Position numbers and translations under genes: made by a program. The notes beneath the pieces were generated by a model. It saw only the letters and a list, made by a program, of their open reading frames with translations. It was not told the origin of the DNA and made no database searches. 64,000 nucleotides of DNA from the human T2T-CHM13v2.0 reference genome, Homo sapiens. Numbering within the stretch: position 1 is the first letter of the stretch; each line of letters begins with the position of its first letter. The stretch is taken from assembly GCF_009914755.1 (NCBI RefSeq), contig NC_060932.1; one strand, 5' to 3'. Of the stretch, positions 11,779 through 24,930 are shown piece by piece.

Positions 11779-14665
11779 TATTTTTTCTTATTCACCCCCA
11801 CCAAAGATCCAATGGAGAGAGGCTGGAAGCCTCTTCCTGGAACATTTATCATTCATCACAAGGAACCCAGTTTCTAATAATATTTTTAGTTTCTTTTTCA
11901 TAGGCATACAATACTATATAGGCTTTCTAAATAGCTGATTCATCCCCACCAAAGTGCATTCATCCTCTGTTCTGTAATTTAGTTTCTGCCATTTGACATT
12001 CATGCAAGCATGTAATTGCCTCTACCTGCATCATAGCTCAGCATTAGCAGACGTGTAAGCCAAGTCTGAAAGTCAGATTGCATTACACACAGCTTGTACC
12101 TCCATGTTTCTCAGTCAGTGATAAATATTTTATCATATATCAAAACAATACGTAACACTAGTAGTGTTTATACAGGGCCTTGTGTTTATAAATGGCCCTT
12201 CTACTTCTCAAAGTACTCATATATTCACTCTGCTTCATTTATCTTCAGAGGTTTTCTAACTTTTTTTTTGCATGTTTCATAGGGCCACATGAATGTAAAT
12301 AATGTAAATATTCTTATATAAGCAGATTTATGTTTCAGCATATTTTCAAACTTAATATTCTTTCATGTAAGTTAAACTTTTTTTTTCTGTATTTCTCGGC
12401 TTTTCCCTGTCTGGGGTCTCCTGCCTGCAGGCTGGAGTCTCAGAGTGTCCCAGGGCAATGTGACATCCCGTAGACTTGTGACTTGTTTTTTTCCTTATTC
12501 TACTTCACTGTCATGTCTCAGTGGAGACATAAAGACGGGCCTTCTGGGACCTTGATTTGGCAAAGGAAGATGGAATCCTCACCATCTATCCTTCGCAGAT
12601 TCCTGTGGCAGAATTTCTCTCTCTTTCTCTCTGTAGTCAATTCATTAACAATTTTTGTTGATCTTTAAGTATGGTTCCTAAGTCATGGTTAAAACAGGCA
12701 ATATCCCTGCTTTCATGAAGTTCTTATTCTGGTCAGATACTGTTTGGCTATAGCAAAATGAAGCCCTCTCAAAGCAACTTAAGCAAAAAAAGATCATTGT
12801 TGAAAGGGGTATTTCCTGCAATTCAAGGACATGAATATAAACAGTACTCATGAAGAGCTAAAACCTGAAATTGGGAAGTCACTGGAGACAAAGCAATGAC
12901 TCTCTCGCCCTCTGCTCCTTTTGCTGGAGCCACCTGGGGTTTATGTCTTCTCTTTTGGAGGGTGTTTAGCAACATCAGTCTCCTTTCTGTAGACGCTTTA
13001 TCTACTCAAGTTACAAGGTCAATATAGTTGCCTAGGCTCAACTTCATGTGACCTCCTAGTCGAATCTGAATTGCCAGTTCTCATGATCGACCCTGTCCAC
13101 CCAATGGGTTGACTCCCTTTTCATCAGGAGTTCATCCCTGGGCCAAGTGCATGGTGCTGCTTACATGCTTTATGGATTTACGGTTTCAAATTGTCATTCA
13201 AGTTTTAAGCTTTGGAAACTTTCTAGTAATAGATTATGTTCTTTCCAGTTGTTTGGCAGCTCCATCAAATGCAGCATCAGTTGAAGATGCACCAAAAAAT
13301 ATTCACAAAGACCTATGTAAAGGTCAATTAGAAAGATTTTGTTTTCAATAAGCCAATGAGGTAGCCATACTCAAATTTAGAGTCTTATTTAGGATTGTCT
13401 AGTATTCTGTGGAATTAATGTGTCAACTCTTGTCATTCTTACTTCACATCCATATTGACTACTTTCATTTATATAGAGAATTACACAGTGTTAAATAGCA
13501 CCATTTGATTTGCGGTACTCTAATGTATAAGAATGTGAGTAGGAAACTGAAACTTCAGTAACCAGGAAACTACTTACTTATTTTTTTTTAGTGCCCTGTG
13601 AAGCACAGAAATTATCTGAAAAATTAAGTGTACATCTTTTTTCCTAGCATTAGGAAGTTGTGTCAGCCTTTTCTTATCCACTAAAATCTTAATGGAATTT
13701 AAGCTAATATACATTGTTCAAGGTCATTTGTAAGTTTTATAATTCTTTCAGGAAAAGGATCTTAGGTTCCTGATGGTTTCACTAGAAAGTTGCTATGGCT
13801 TCCTAAGAAGTGAACTTCCGAGACAGCTAAAGGATAGCTGTATGTGAATCTAAGAACACATTTTCTTTTCAAAAGGGCTGCAGCAGGTCAGTTTCCAAAT
13901 ATAAAGTCAAAATTATCAAATTATCTCTCTTCTGACAATAACATAATAGAATGAAGCACATTTATTGTAAAGAAGCCCATAGATCCTCAGAAATATCTAA
14001 AAAAGCAGGTCATACAGTGCTCCTTTGATTTATTTACTTATTTTTTACATTCTAGCTCTGGCTGCCCTGATTCTGGACCTTTGGATGTCTAATTTAGGGC
14101 TTCATAAGAGGCTTTTCTCTAAGGGAGCTGGCTGTGTTCCCTAACTCCTACAAGGACATTTGGAATCACCTTGTGTGGTCCTGACCCATGCTTCTCATTT
14201 CAGCTCATCCTGTACATCCTACCTGGCCTAACTGGCTGTGAACTCTCCTGAATTAAAAAGATATTTAATAGAGGCAATTTTGCCATTTGCACTTTCTAAT
14301 ATCTAAGACATTCTTTGGCTGCTCATCATCTTATTTGAAATGGAAAAAAATGTACTAGCAACTGTGAATGTCAATTTTAGAATGTTCAATTAAAATAGAA
14401 GTGAAGACAACACTTAAAATATACTAGGAAATTTACTCATACTTTTTGAATAATTCAAATAATCAATGATTCTTTACCTTAAAACCATGGAAAACCCTGT
14501 TGTTAGGCACTTAGACAGCAAATTGGTGTTAGACCATTTTCAGTGGTCAACATAATTCATCCTTATCTATGGGAGAACCATGTATTCACAGAATACACAC
14601 AATTTATAAAGCACACTTTGAGAGTGCTAGGAATCCAACAGGGACGAAGTACACCCTCAAGAAGC

Positions 14666-14861
14666 TGTAGGTATAGGTGTACGTATAGATATATGTGTGG
14701 TATAGGTATAGTATAGGCATAGGCGTAGACGTAAGTACAGTTACAGGTGTAGTGTAGATATAGGTGTATGTGTAGGTATAGATATGCGTGTAGGTGTATA
14801 TTTAAGTATCGGTGTAGGTATAGGTATAATAGAGGTAAGGTATAGACATTGGCATAGGTAA
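14666..14861. repeat. Degenerate hexamer tandem repeat (TAGGTR)n
   Basis: Repeated TAGGTA/TAGGTG/TAGATA/TAGGCA units over ~195 bp. Confidence 0.8.
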
Positions 14862-17344
14862 GAATACAGTCCTTTTCTGTAACCTGTTTTTACCAATGTT
14901 ATTACTTTTCAGGTGTCATCCAGAACTATGAAAATCGCCCACATTCATTTAAGGTCAAGATTAACGGAGTCAGAGACAGCTTTCAGCTGCTGAATTTTAG
15001 AGGAGATGCTGAATTTCAAATTGCATATAAGTGGCAGTTGGCTCTTTTGCAGGTTTATATAAAATTTTGTCTGCTGCCACTGCCTGCCTATTAACTTTTT
15101 TTAAACATAAAGACCATTGAAAGATAATTAGTTATGTGACTGGGATAGAATGGGTCCTATAGATCCATATAGCTTTGGAAAATAGTAAGTAGCTATTTCC
15201 TATAAAAGATTTGGAAGCTTAATGAATAAAAATATCCAGAATTTTTTTTAAGTCAAAACTCTAAATCTCTAAACCATGAAGGAAGTTCATTTCCTTTTAA
15301 GACAGTAGGTGTGGAGGATCATAATGAACATGAAGTTGTGATTCTAATACCGTTGTCCCTTATGCCTCTTTTGAAATACAGTAATGAGATAGCATTCATT
15401 TTGCTTTATGACTCCGCAAATGTTTGGCTTGAGCCACCAGTGAAACACTATGCCAACATAATTTATCGGTCTCTAAAACAAATACATTAACCTTTTCATT
15501 CTCAAGCCTGCCTTACTCTAATATCTGGTAACTTTTTATCATGCATTTGTTCTATTTGTCATTATTGGCCAAGATAGCAATTGTTTCACAGCATATTATA
15601 CTGACTGGCCAATCCCATGAGTACCAGAGCATTTGTATTTCTACAGAAGTATCAGTTTCTTCTCAAATGGAAAATGCTTATTTGTCCCACCTTGGATTAG
15701 AATGGATAAAGCTTTGTAAAAATGTTATTCACCCTCCAATGGATTTAAATTATGTGCATTTGTAGAAAACTTCTCTAACCAGATTCAGTGTGTCCCAATG
15801 GTTTAAGAAAGAGGGTTTTTCAGGGTGGCAGCAACTGTATACTAAGCATAAGAAAAGCAAAATTTGTCTATGATGTCTTCATTTCAGTTAGATTCTTGCC
15901 ATCAAGTTGGGCAAGTCTGCTGAAACCTCCTATTTAAAAAATGCAGATGTGAAACTGTATAAACCATTGCCTTTTATCTCCTAAAATTGAAGGATCTCAA
16001 ACATGTACACTGAGAGGCAAGGACTATTTTTGTTTTATTGTGTATTTTGACTGCCTGCTCTTGGAACAAAGCAGACACTTAAATGTCTGCTGAATACACG
16101 GGTAGCTGGCTGGGGAGGAGGGCAACCAACACAAGATGCCGCCCGACCTTGATTCATTTGCCATAGATGGGAAATTAGGAGTTGGTGCAAATAATAATCT
16201 GAAATGCATAAAATTTGTCAGTCCACATTCTTATGCATAAACTGACTCAGGTTTTGCTTTGACAGAACTGGGCCATCCCCAGGATACACTGCCTCGATGG
16301 CCATATGTAAATGAGGACATGCATTGTTTATGCCAGAAGGTGTGTAGTTTACTGCTTTCTGATGTGTCAGTCCATGGGAAAGCCTCAAAAGAAAGAGACC
16401 CTGCTCAAAGTCTGTGAGGAGCTGGGACTTAGCTTGATTCTTTGTCCAGTGGGAGAGGCAGAGGCAGAAGGAATGGCAGAGAATGAAGGTTGATCAAAAT
16501 CAGAAAGAGTACAGACCAAATGAGATATGCATGGGCTATTTCTGGGGCTCGTTGCCTTCAGCTTGTCCTGCCTTATGCTATATTCAGGCAGGGGATGGAA
16601 CATAGGGAAGAAAAGTCATCTTGGCCTCCAGCTTTCCAAAAACCAGGGAGAGTAGGATATGATACCGGAAAGCACAGGGAGTGGAAAGAACACAAATCAA
16701 ATGCATTTGCTTGATTTTACCTGCTTTGTTGAAGAGTTTTGTATGTAGAAACAGAAACTGTTTTGAAAATGGAGCATTTGGGTGATCTGAAAATTTTGCT
16801 TACTATGCTATGCCTTTTCCTTCCGACGTAAATATTCTCTTCCTTCCTCAGCTCCATGGTAGTAAAAAAAAAATATGACTAAAACTTTTCACCACCATGG
16901 AAGCCAAATGCAATTAAATGGCGACATGCCTCTGTGTTGCTTTCCTGATATGCTTCTTTACAAAGACGATGGATTTAATACCATTTATCTACATAGATGG
17001 CAGGGAAGCCACACTTTTTTTTGTAATCTTCGTCTATAATTTCTACTGGGTTTATTTTTATAGCTACAATTAAAGTGGCAATAGAATAATATCCAACCCC
17101 ATAATTTTTCCAACGAACCATTGTGAAAAATGAAAGGCTAGCAGTTCTGTAATATTTCTTTTCCAGCACTGCATAGATTGTGTCTTGTTCCAAGATTCTT
17201 ACCTTAAGGATTTATGATGAACTTTAATGCAGGCAGCAAGTCACATTTTATTTAGAGAAGATCAAAGCCAAGGAGGCAAAGGGGTTATTGTTTTTGTGAC
17301 AGTGTTGTGGGGTTCAGAGCTGGTCTCTCACAGATTATTTCATA

Positions 17345-17641
17345 TTTTCTTTTCTTTTTTTTTTTTTTTTTTTGAGACAGGGTCTCACTCTGTTGCCCAG
17401 GTTGGGATGCAGTGGCATGATCATGGCTTACTGCAGCCTCCACCTCCCATGCTCAAGCAATCCTCCCTAGTAGCTGGGACTGTAAGTGCACGTCACCATG
17501 CCTCAGGAATTTCTGTGTTTCTTGTGGAGGCAGAGTTTCACCACATTGCCCAGTCTGGTCTCAAACTCCTGAGTGTAAGCGCTTCACCTGCCTGGCCCCC
17601 CAAAGTGCTGGAATTATAGGCGCGAGCCACTGTGCCTGGCC
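17345..17641 (-). mobile_element. AluJ (Jb-like)
   Basis: GAGACAGGGTCTCACTCTG...GATCATGGCTTACTGCAGCCTC...GCTCAAGCAATCCTCC (J diagnostics); highly diverged. Confidence 0.93.
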
Positions 17642-19399
17642 TGTCGCCTATTTTCTTGTACACCTTGCCTCTCCTCTCTGTCTTGTGCTTGGTCGTATTT
17701 TTCTCTTCAACAAATGAGAGCGCTTGCTGTAGTGAAGTTGTTACATTCACATAGATTAATTCTTTAATCGAGCCTTTCTTCTTATGTTGTGTCAAAAAGA
17801 AAGAGAGAGATATATATATAGAGAGAGATAAGGTATGCTCTTTCTGTTCTCACAGCCCTTCTCTTCCATTCCAAATAAGAAAAATGATTATTCACTTGTA
17901 CGGTGCTGTGAGAATGGACCTGAACACATTTTAAACACACTGTAACTGTTTGTTCCAAGCAAATAATCACTGTATGTAATCCTGTCACAATTGGTGCTCT
18001 CTTATCCATGGCCCACGGTTGTCATGGATTGGGCGTGTGGCAGTTCAGAGAGTACAGGATAAAGCACAAACTTCAAGTGCTTTTCTTTTTCTAGGCAAAA
18101 TCTATAAATGACCTTTTTCAGTGTCTTGCTAAACAATCTCATGGAACTCGTGATCCTTTTTTTGACTAGAAAGGAATGTTCACGGTTTGATAAAGGAAGC
18201 GTCGATCTCAGAACTGCACCTAGACAGTCTCGTTCCTGATGCTAGAAAGGCACTGAGCAGAGGGTCAGGTTGTGCCTGGAGGCTGGGGAACGATATGCCA
18301 AACTGTTCGGGGAACCCTAGAACCGCATGCTCTCTAGAGTCAGCCTGTCATTTCACCTCCCCACATGCAGTGGCCTCTGCCTCAGGGAATGAAGCCCAGG
18401 CTCAACCTGATTTCCCACAGGTTCGAACTGACTTATTTGTGGGTTAAAAACTTCCTGACTACCAAAGACTCCTCTTTCTATTTCTCCCCACTGGCCCCCA
18501 ATATTGAAAGATTTTGTCTACTCATGAATTATATTCTGAAATCATGATACACTTTCCCTGTTAGCGGATGTCATGCACGACAACCAAGCTGATGCTTTCC
18601 GGATGCTATGAAAGAATCAGCATTGCCACACCCAGTGCACCAAATTTAAGCTAAAGCCAAGCAAAACAAATAGGCTTTTAATTATTCTGCACAACTTCCT
18701 TGAGTATCAGTGCAAAATTTCCAGTAAATACCTGTATGTCTCCACAATTACATTCATGAGCTTTTTAGAGAAAACTCTTATCTATGAACATGTTCTCTTT
18801 TCTGGCTCTGGATGGTAGAGTGCCTGGGGTTTGGAAATCTGTCAGACCTGACTTAGAATTTTACTAGCGGTGTGACCTTAGATAAGTTATTTTACTTCTC
18901 AGAGCCTACAGTCAGAAATAAAGAAAAAACATAGAAAGTGCCTACAACAGTATACAATGAGGAGTCAATGAATGCAGTATTTTAAAAATTAGGTACTTAC
19001 TGTCTGCTAGCTATCATCATAATTTCCCACACAATTTCCAGCATTTATCCCAATAACTTTTTATTTTCATCCAATTACCAAATTAATATAATAAATAATT
19101 TATTGTGAATTTCATGAAGGCGAAGACTGGGTCTTTTGTCTTTGGATTCTCAGCACTTAGAGTGATGCTTAGGCATAAAGAAAGTGATCAGGGTATGCTT
19201 AGTGTATAAATGAACAACCAAATCTAAAAACTGATGTTAAATAATAATAATTATATTTATATATCTGCACACATACAAATGTACAAGAATTGTAATTAAA
19301 CATAAAAGTAAGCCCCTCGAGAAAAACTACACAAATAGGAGACAGTTAACCTTAAGAGATTAGCAAGGAGCTCTTTGTTTAAGTTTGTGAAGTCATAAA

Positions 19400-20300
19400 T
19401 TACATGAGCTGTGATAGACAAATTGCCTGTGGTCAGAGCTGGTGCGATACAAATGAGTGTCCGTTGTCTGCCAGGCAGAGTTGTAGGTGCTGAAGATGGT
19501 GGACAAAGGGTATGTTTCCTGCCCATAATGAGCTTACAGAAGAATAGTACAAGAGACACATCGTCCAATCATTCCAACAGAGGGAGATTTGTGCAATGAT
19601 AGAGGTGTGTCTAGGATGCCGGGGTGCGTCAAGCCCTGGAGTAGAAAAGGGATGCCCCTTTTCTAGGGGTTGTATCTAGGCAGAGTTAAAAGGATTAATA
19701 GCTCAGGGGAGCTGAAGGATGAGCTGAGGCTGAGGAAGGCAGGGTAAAAGTATTCCAGGAAAAGGATACTTCACAAAATTAGGTGGAGACTTCATAGAGT
19801 CTTATGTTGCTAGAAGGTAAAGTGTGAGGCTGAGAATGAAGGAAGTTGAGACTGAGGACTTGGGTCTTATGGATCTTATTGGAGAACTTGAACTTTATTC
19901 TGAACTTTCACTGGTACCTTGAAAAAATTTAAACCAAAGAATGGCATGGCCAGATTGCATTTTGTATGAATCCCCTTGGTGGCTGTATGGAGAATGGATT
20001 TGAGAAAGATGAGACTGGGTTCTGGGAAACTATTCAGTGGCTGCATTTGCAATTAGTCCAGGAAACTGGAAACCAAGGCATTGAAGTTGGGATGGAAAGG
20101 AGATAGTAATTTGGGAAACATTTAGGAAACAATATCAGCAGAAGTTGGTAATTAATGGGATGTTAGAGTTGAGCTGAGGGAAGAGTCTAAGTTCTTCATT
20201 TGCATGACTAGATGTAAGGGTATTTTCTCCATTGAGAGAGAGAATGCTGATGGAGGAATGGGATTTCAGAGGTAGGGGGATGAGGCAAGTCTGAGATGCC
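19400..20300 (-). mobile_element. L2 fragments
   Basis: Purine-rich antisense L2 features (GAACTTGAACTTTATTCTG, AAGAATGGCATGGCCAGATTGCATTTT, GGCTGTATGGAGAATGGATTTGAG). Confidence 0.6.
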
Positions 20301-20443
20301 TACTAAATGCTAAAGGTGGTGGAGCTGAAACCTCAAAGGTAAGATTTAAAATAGAGTCTCAGTCAGGTCATCTGCACCTGGAAGATGAGAAGTTTTACTT
20401 CTGAGATGGTTCTGTGGCATAAACCACGCCTGGGTTGACATGG

Positions 20444-20770
20444 TGTCTTAGTCCATTTGGCTGTATAACAAAATTTCTTAGGCTGGGTAACGCATAAATA
20501 ACAGAAATATATTGCTCACACTTCTGGAGGCTGGGAAGTTCAAAATCAAGGGTCCAGAAGATGTGGTGTCTGGTGAGGGCCCATTCTTCATAAATGGCAC
20601 CTACTTGCTGCATCCTTTCCACCTCTTTTGTAAGGGTACTGATCCCATTCATGAGGGTGGAGCCCTCCTGACTTAATCACTCCCAAAGCCTTCATCTCTT
20701 AATACCATCACATTGCGTATTAGGTTCCAACATAGGAATTTTGGGGGAACACCAACATTCAGACCATGCA
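20444..20770 (-). mobile_element. MLT1A0-like MaLR solo LTR
   Basis: TGTCTTAGTCCATTTGGCTG...GATCCCATTCATGAGGGTGGAGCCCTC...AACATTCAGACCATGCA. Confidence 0.88.
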
Positions 20771-20964
20771 CACAGCTTCATAATGTAAGGAGGAAGCTGA
20801 TCCAAACAGGAGCAGATTAAAGCCCATATATAGCTTCATTACATATTCTAAGGCTTCCTTAAGAATTAGACAGAGTCAACTCACGAAGTCTGAAATAAAG
20901 GACAGGGCATCAAGTGAGTTCATATAATAAATATATATCCACAGTTGAAAATTTAAAAATAGAT

Positions 20965-21125
20965 ATTTCTAAAGAGAAAGATGGAGGCAGAAATGAAAAA
21001 AGAGAGCAGAGTGGAGGAGAAAGAGAAGAAAGAGCAATTCAGAGAGAGGAAGGGACGAGGGGAGAAAATGAGAGAGAGAGAGAGAGAAAGAGAGAGAAAG
21101 GGCATGTACTTAAGAGAAGAAAAAG
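20965..21125. repeat. GA-rich low-complexity tract with (GA)n
   Basis: Read directly from the sequence. Confidence 0.8.
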
Positions 21126-21589
21126 AGTTCCTGCTCCTGGGAATTTCAAAGCAATCCTGGCCACTCATCTGCAATCTGGAATGAAAACCCTATAGCAGTA
21201 TGTTTCCTTTCTGCTTTAAGTTCAAAAACTTAAACTTTTATGCAAATATATGCAGAATCAATATTATATGTGTATACTAAATACTCATGGGTTTGCATTT
21301 TAAACTTTCAGGAGTATGTTTAGTTATGTGACACTTTATTAATATTGAACTGATACTGTGGCTTTTCGCTCTCAAATAAAGGAAACACATTTCCAGGGTT
21401 TGAAAAGAGGAAAACGATTGATTTTTGCATTCCGGTGTTTTCTATGAGCCCCTCCAACATCTAAAATGTATCTCAGGTCATATTTGTTTTCTTCATACAC
21501 AAATTCTGTTCTCTCCTCTGAGGTTGCCTTTCTGTTGGCTTCTTCCTGCCCCCAGTGGGAATCCAGCAGGAGCCACACAAGATGAAACA

Positions 21590-22270
21590 GTCAGTGAAAT
21601 AGCTCAGACCGTGGGCTCTGGACTGGATTCCAGCCCCAGTGCTGAGTCCTGAGCTGGTGACCCCAGGCACCTCATCTAACAGCTGTGTCTCAGTTATGTT
21701 ACTGAAAAAAACAGGGTACCTATGACTGGTGAGCAACAAACAACTCTCCATGAGAATGCAGGTTTTGCTCAGTGGTTTTATTACTTGGCACAAGGAAGGG
21801 GGACACTGGGTATATCCTCCAAAGCAGTGTCTTCCCGAGGGAAAGCGACAGACAGGTTTTACAGAGCAATGGGGAGGGAAGAGAGGTTTGGGTGCATCCT
21901 CACGTGTAGAGGAGGAGCCCAGTTGCTCAGATGCAGTGAGTGATTAGGCCAGCACATGGATCACAGGGAGGCTTTAGCAAGGTAAAGAGGAACGTTCACT
22001 TGGGTTCATCTATAAATTGCTGGGGTCTGTCAGAAGCTGTTTCTAAAACCACTGCATGACAGAAGGCTGTAAAACAGGCTGATTGCTCAAGTCAATTAAA
22101 TTCCTATAATCCCTGGAGACCCTCCCTGCCTTCCTACAGTTATGAGAAACCTAAAGCGGGAATGACATCATTGTCCACCTCACAGAGCTGTCCGGTGAAA
22201 TGGGAAAAATTTCAGCAAAGCACTTAGTCTGATGTCTGGTAATGGGTCAACACTCCATACTGAGCAATCA
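21590..22270 (+). mobile_element. MIR split by an LTR insertion
   Basis: GTGGGCTCTGG...CTGTGTCTCAGTTA before the LTR; CCACCTCACAGAGCTG...AAAGCACTTAG...ATTATTATT after it. Confidence 0.65.
21697..22138 (-). mobile_element. ERV1-class solo LTR (family not resolved)
   Basis: TG...CA termini with exact 4-bp TSD GTTA (21693-21696 and 22139-22142); TTTTATT near the left end gives a polyA-signal-like motif on the - strand. Confidence 0.8.
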
Positions 22271-22819
22271 TTATTATTATTTAAACAGATTTGATTATTT
22301 TTTAATTAAAAGCATCATCATTTAATAGCTTGCTAATGATCATTTGTATTGTTATTCTTATTTAAGGATTAAATCTGCACTCCCGTGGGGCATAGGCCTC
22401 TAGCATTGCTGTCACTTCCTTGCTGTCCCCTCCAAGCCCCAAACTCAAAAGTTCAGGACCTGTGGCCCCAGAAAGAGAATGTGCAGCCACCGGGGAGTTG
22501 GAAAAGCTGGGCAAAACCAAGATTGGTTTTAGGATCTTCTCAGATTTAAGAATACTCCTTCTTTTGGATGGATGGTGGCTTGAATGTCTTCATCACAAGA
22601 GACTGAATTTCAGGACACAGAAGAAAGACAGGCTCAAGGCAGGGGAAGCTCAGGCATTCGTGTCCCTGCCTGCAGGGAAAATGCCTGGGACTCTTTAAGC
22701 CACCATGTTCTACAACACAGTGCATGAGGTAAGAGAAGGTGAACTTCATACTGGCCAAGCACTGCTGCACTGCAGATCATAGCACCGGCATCCACTGCGC
22801 GGGGACGCACCTGGGGTGG

Positions 22820-23170
22820 GCCTCGCAGCTTTAGATCCATGATTCTGGGTTCAGGTTGTTCTTGAGAATTTAGCCATTGTAACCCTTGGCTTCCGTGTTT
22901 GTGAAATGGTGGTGAAATTACCTAGTTTGATCATGAAGATTAAATTAGATAATGTATGTAAAGGACTTAATATCGGGCATTAACAAACATGATAGGAATG
23001 GTAGCTACTAGTGCGATATGAGTTGATTTCGTTCTCCTACCCTATGATGGATCAGTTGCTGAGGTACAGAGAATGACGGAGAGTGCCCAAGGTTACAGCG
23101 ATTGAAGAAGTGGTGAGGTTGGGGTTTGCCCTTCGTTGTAACTGACTCCAGAGCCCACACTCCACAGCTC
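22820..23170. mobile_element. Two MIR fragments in opposite orientation
   Basis: GTGAAATGG...GAAGATTAAATTAGATAATGTATGTAAAG (+), then GCTGAGGTACAGAGA...TGCCCAAGGTTACAG...TGACTCCAGAGCCCAC (-). Confidence 0.6.
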
Positions 23171-23559
23171 TGAGAGGCTGGAGTGCATGGGGACCCTCGC
23201 TTGATGTGGGGACCCTGGCTTGATGTGCGTGAGGGTGAAGCACATTCCTGGAGCAGAGGGAAGTGATTCATCTCTCCCGAGGCTCTTGCACTGTAATGAT
23301 GTAAATTATTAGCCCTATTGATCTACCTATCTGGTCATTTTATGGCACTTTTCAGTGGAGAACCGAAAGGCTTATGCTAATTAATAGTCCTGAATCCTAA
23401 CAGACTTTATTACATTTAGAAATGGGAAATTCTAATTAAACTTAATGAATCTAATTTCCTTCTGGCCTTTATTCAAATTCACTGAGACCTGCCCTAGCCG
23501 TCCTATCTAAAATTTCCACACCACACACTCACCCACCCACCCACTGCCCCTCCCCACCC

Positions 23560-23800
23560 CTTGTGTATAAAACTTCCTGTGGCTCTTCTCTTCTTTCTGT
23601 GTTCACCTTAACACTTATCACTATCCAGGATTCTCTGCAATTACTCCTCTATCTCACTTGCTGTCTATCTCCCCTACTAGGTGTACTTCATGAGGGCTTG
23701 CATTTTGGATTTTTTCACTGGCTGTATCATCAACACCTAAAGCAGTACCAGGCACAGTGGGCGCTTAAAGAATACTTGCAGAATATATGGACAAATGAAT
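23560..23800 (+). mobile_element. L2 3' end
   Basis: TCTCCCCTACTAGGTGTACTTCATGAGGGC...CACCTAAAGCAGTACCAGGCACAGTGGGCGCTTAAAGAATACTTG. Confidence 0.7.
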
Positions 23801-24059
23801 CCCTATTCTTTCCCCTACACCTGTTCACTCTTTAACCTGACTCTCTCAGAGATCCAAAATTCTCCAGCTAGTTGAACTACCTCCCCTTTTTTATAATTTG
23901 CTTCTAAAATCCCTCATGGTGTTTCATTTCTGTTCCATCACCTATTGTGACCTCAATTAAACAAGTAAATAGACAAAATGGATCTGTTTGCCCTAGAGGT
24001 ATTGAATTGATTTCTATGAAAGGTATGGAAAAGGCTATTTAGTATTTCCACCACCCTAC

Positions 24060-24698
24060 TGAAGCAGTATTGTTGTCTGGTGTAAATATCCGAGGTTCGT
24101 TGCCTCACGCCAAGGAAATCAAGGACATGGACACACATGGAGTGAGGTTTAGAGTGCAGGTTTACTAGGCAAAAGAAAAAGAAAAAAAGAGAATAGCTCA
24201 CTCTCTTGTGAGAGAGAGGGGCCTGCAAGTGGGTCTTCCAGCTGGTGGCGGAGTGCACAGGGTTTTATAGACAGGCTTGAGGAGGTGGTGTCTGATTTAC
24301 ACAGGGCCCAAAGATTGGTTGGACCAGGTGTCACATTTGCATAGTGCATAGGGAAGCTGGCCACCCCACCCTAATTTTATTATGCAAATGAAATCTTTGC
24401 CTGACTGGTGCCATGTAGTCTGCTCCAGACTGCACATGTGGTTGGCAAGGAAAAGGGAAGATGGAGCCGCCATTTTGAACATGCCTGGTCCCAGGTAGCC
24501 TTTTCCTATTGGCACAGCTGCCAGCATTCACCTGTGCAAGCTTCTAGCTTGTCTATGTCTGCAGCTTGATTTTACAGGCTGCTCCTTGTTAGAAAAGAAA
24601 ATGATTTGGGGGCTGCTTTTCATTAAAAGCAAAACTTTATCAAGGACTTCCTTACCCTCACAATCTGTCTAAATAATTTCTTCTTAACTCCTATATCA
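24060..24698 (-). mobile_element. LTR9-family (HUERS-P3) solo LTR, complete
   Basis: TG...CA with 4-bp TSD CTAC on both sides; reverse strand begins TGATATAGGAGTTAAGAAGAAATTATTTAGACAGATTGTGAGGG, as in the recalled LTR9 consensus. Confidence 0.9.
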
Positions 24699-24789
24699 CT
24701 ACCTGGGAAGGTGAGATGTTAGGGGAACCATATTTTATTAAAGGGAAGAAAAGGAGAGGAAAGAAGACACACAGAAGAAAAATTAGTAG

Positions 24790-24930
24790 ACTAGGAATCA
24801 GGGTGCCTGGGTTCTAATGCTGGCAGTTGCTAATCACGTGACCTTGGGAAAGCATTGAACCTTTCCAGAACTAAGCTTCCTCTTCTGGAAAAGAAATGGG
24901 TCAGACAAGATACCCCCAAATTCTTCAAAG
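24790..24930 (+). mobile_element. MIR fragment
   Basis: CCTGGGTTCTAATGCTGG...GTGACCTTGGGAAAGCATTGAACCT...CTTCCTCTTCTGGAAAA. Confidence 0.65.

Noticed and set aside
14666-14861. CRISPR-like or telomere-like array
   Set aside because: Degenerate hexamer microsatellite with no spacers, and the unit is not TTAGGG.
14913-15094. Coding exon after TTTTCAG (open frame VIQNYENRPHSFK...)
   Set aside because: No convincing donor before the stop and no recognisable protein similarity.
22780-22830. Small CpG cluster as a promoter or CpG island
   Set aside because: Only ~50 bp, far below CpG-island size.
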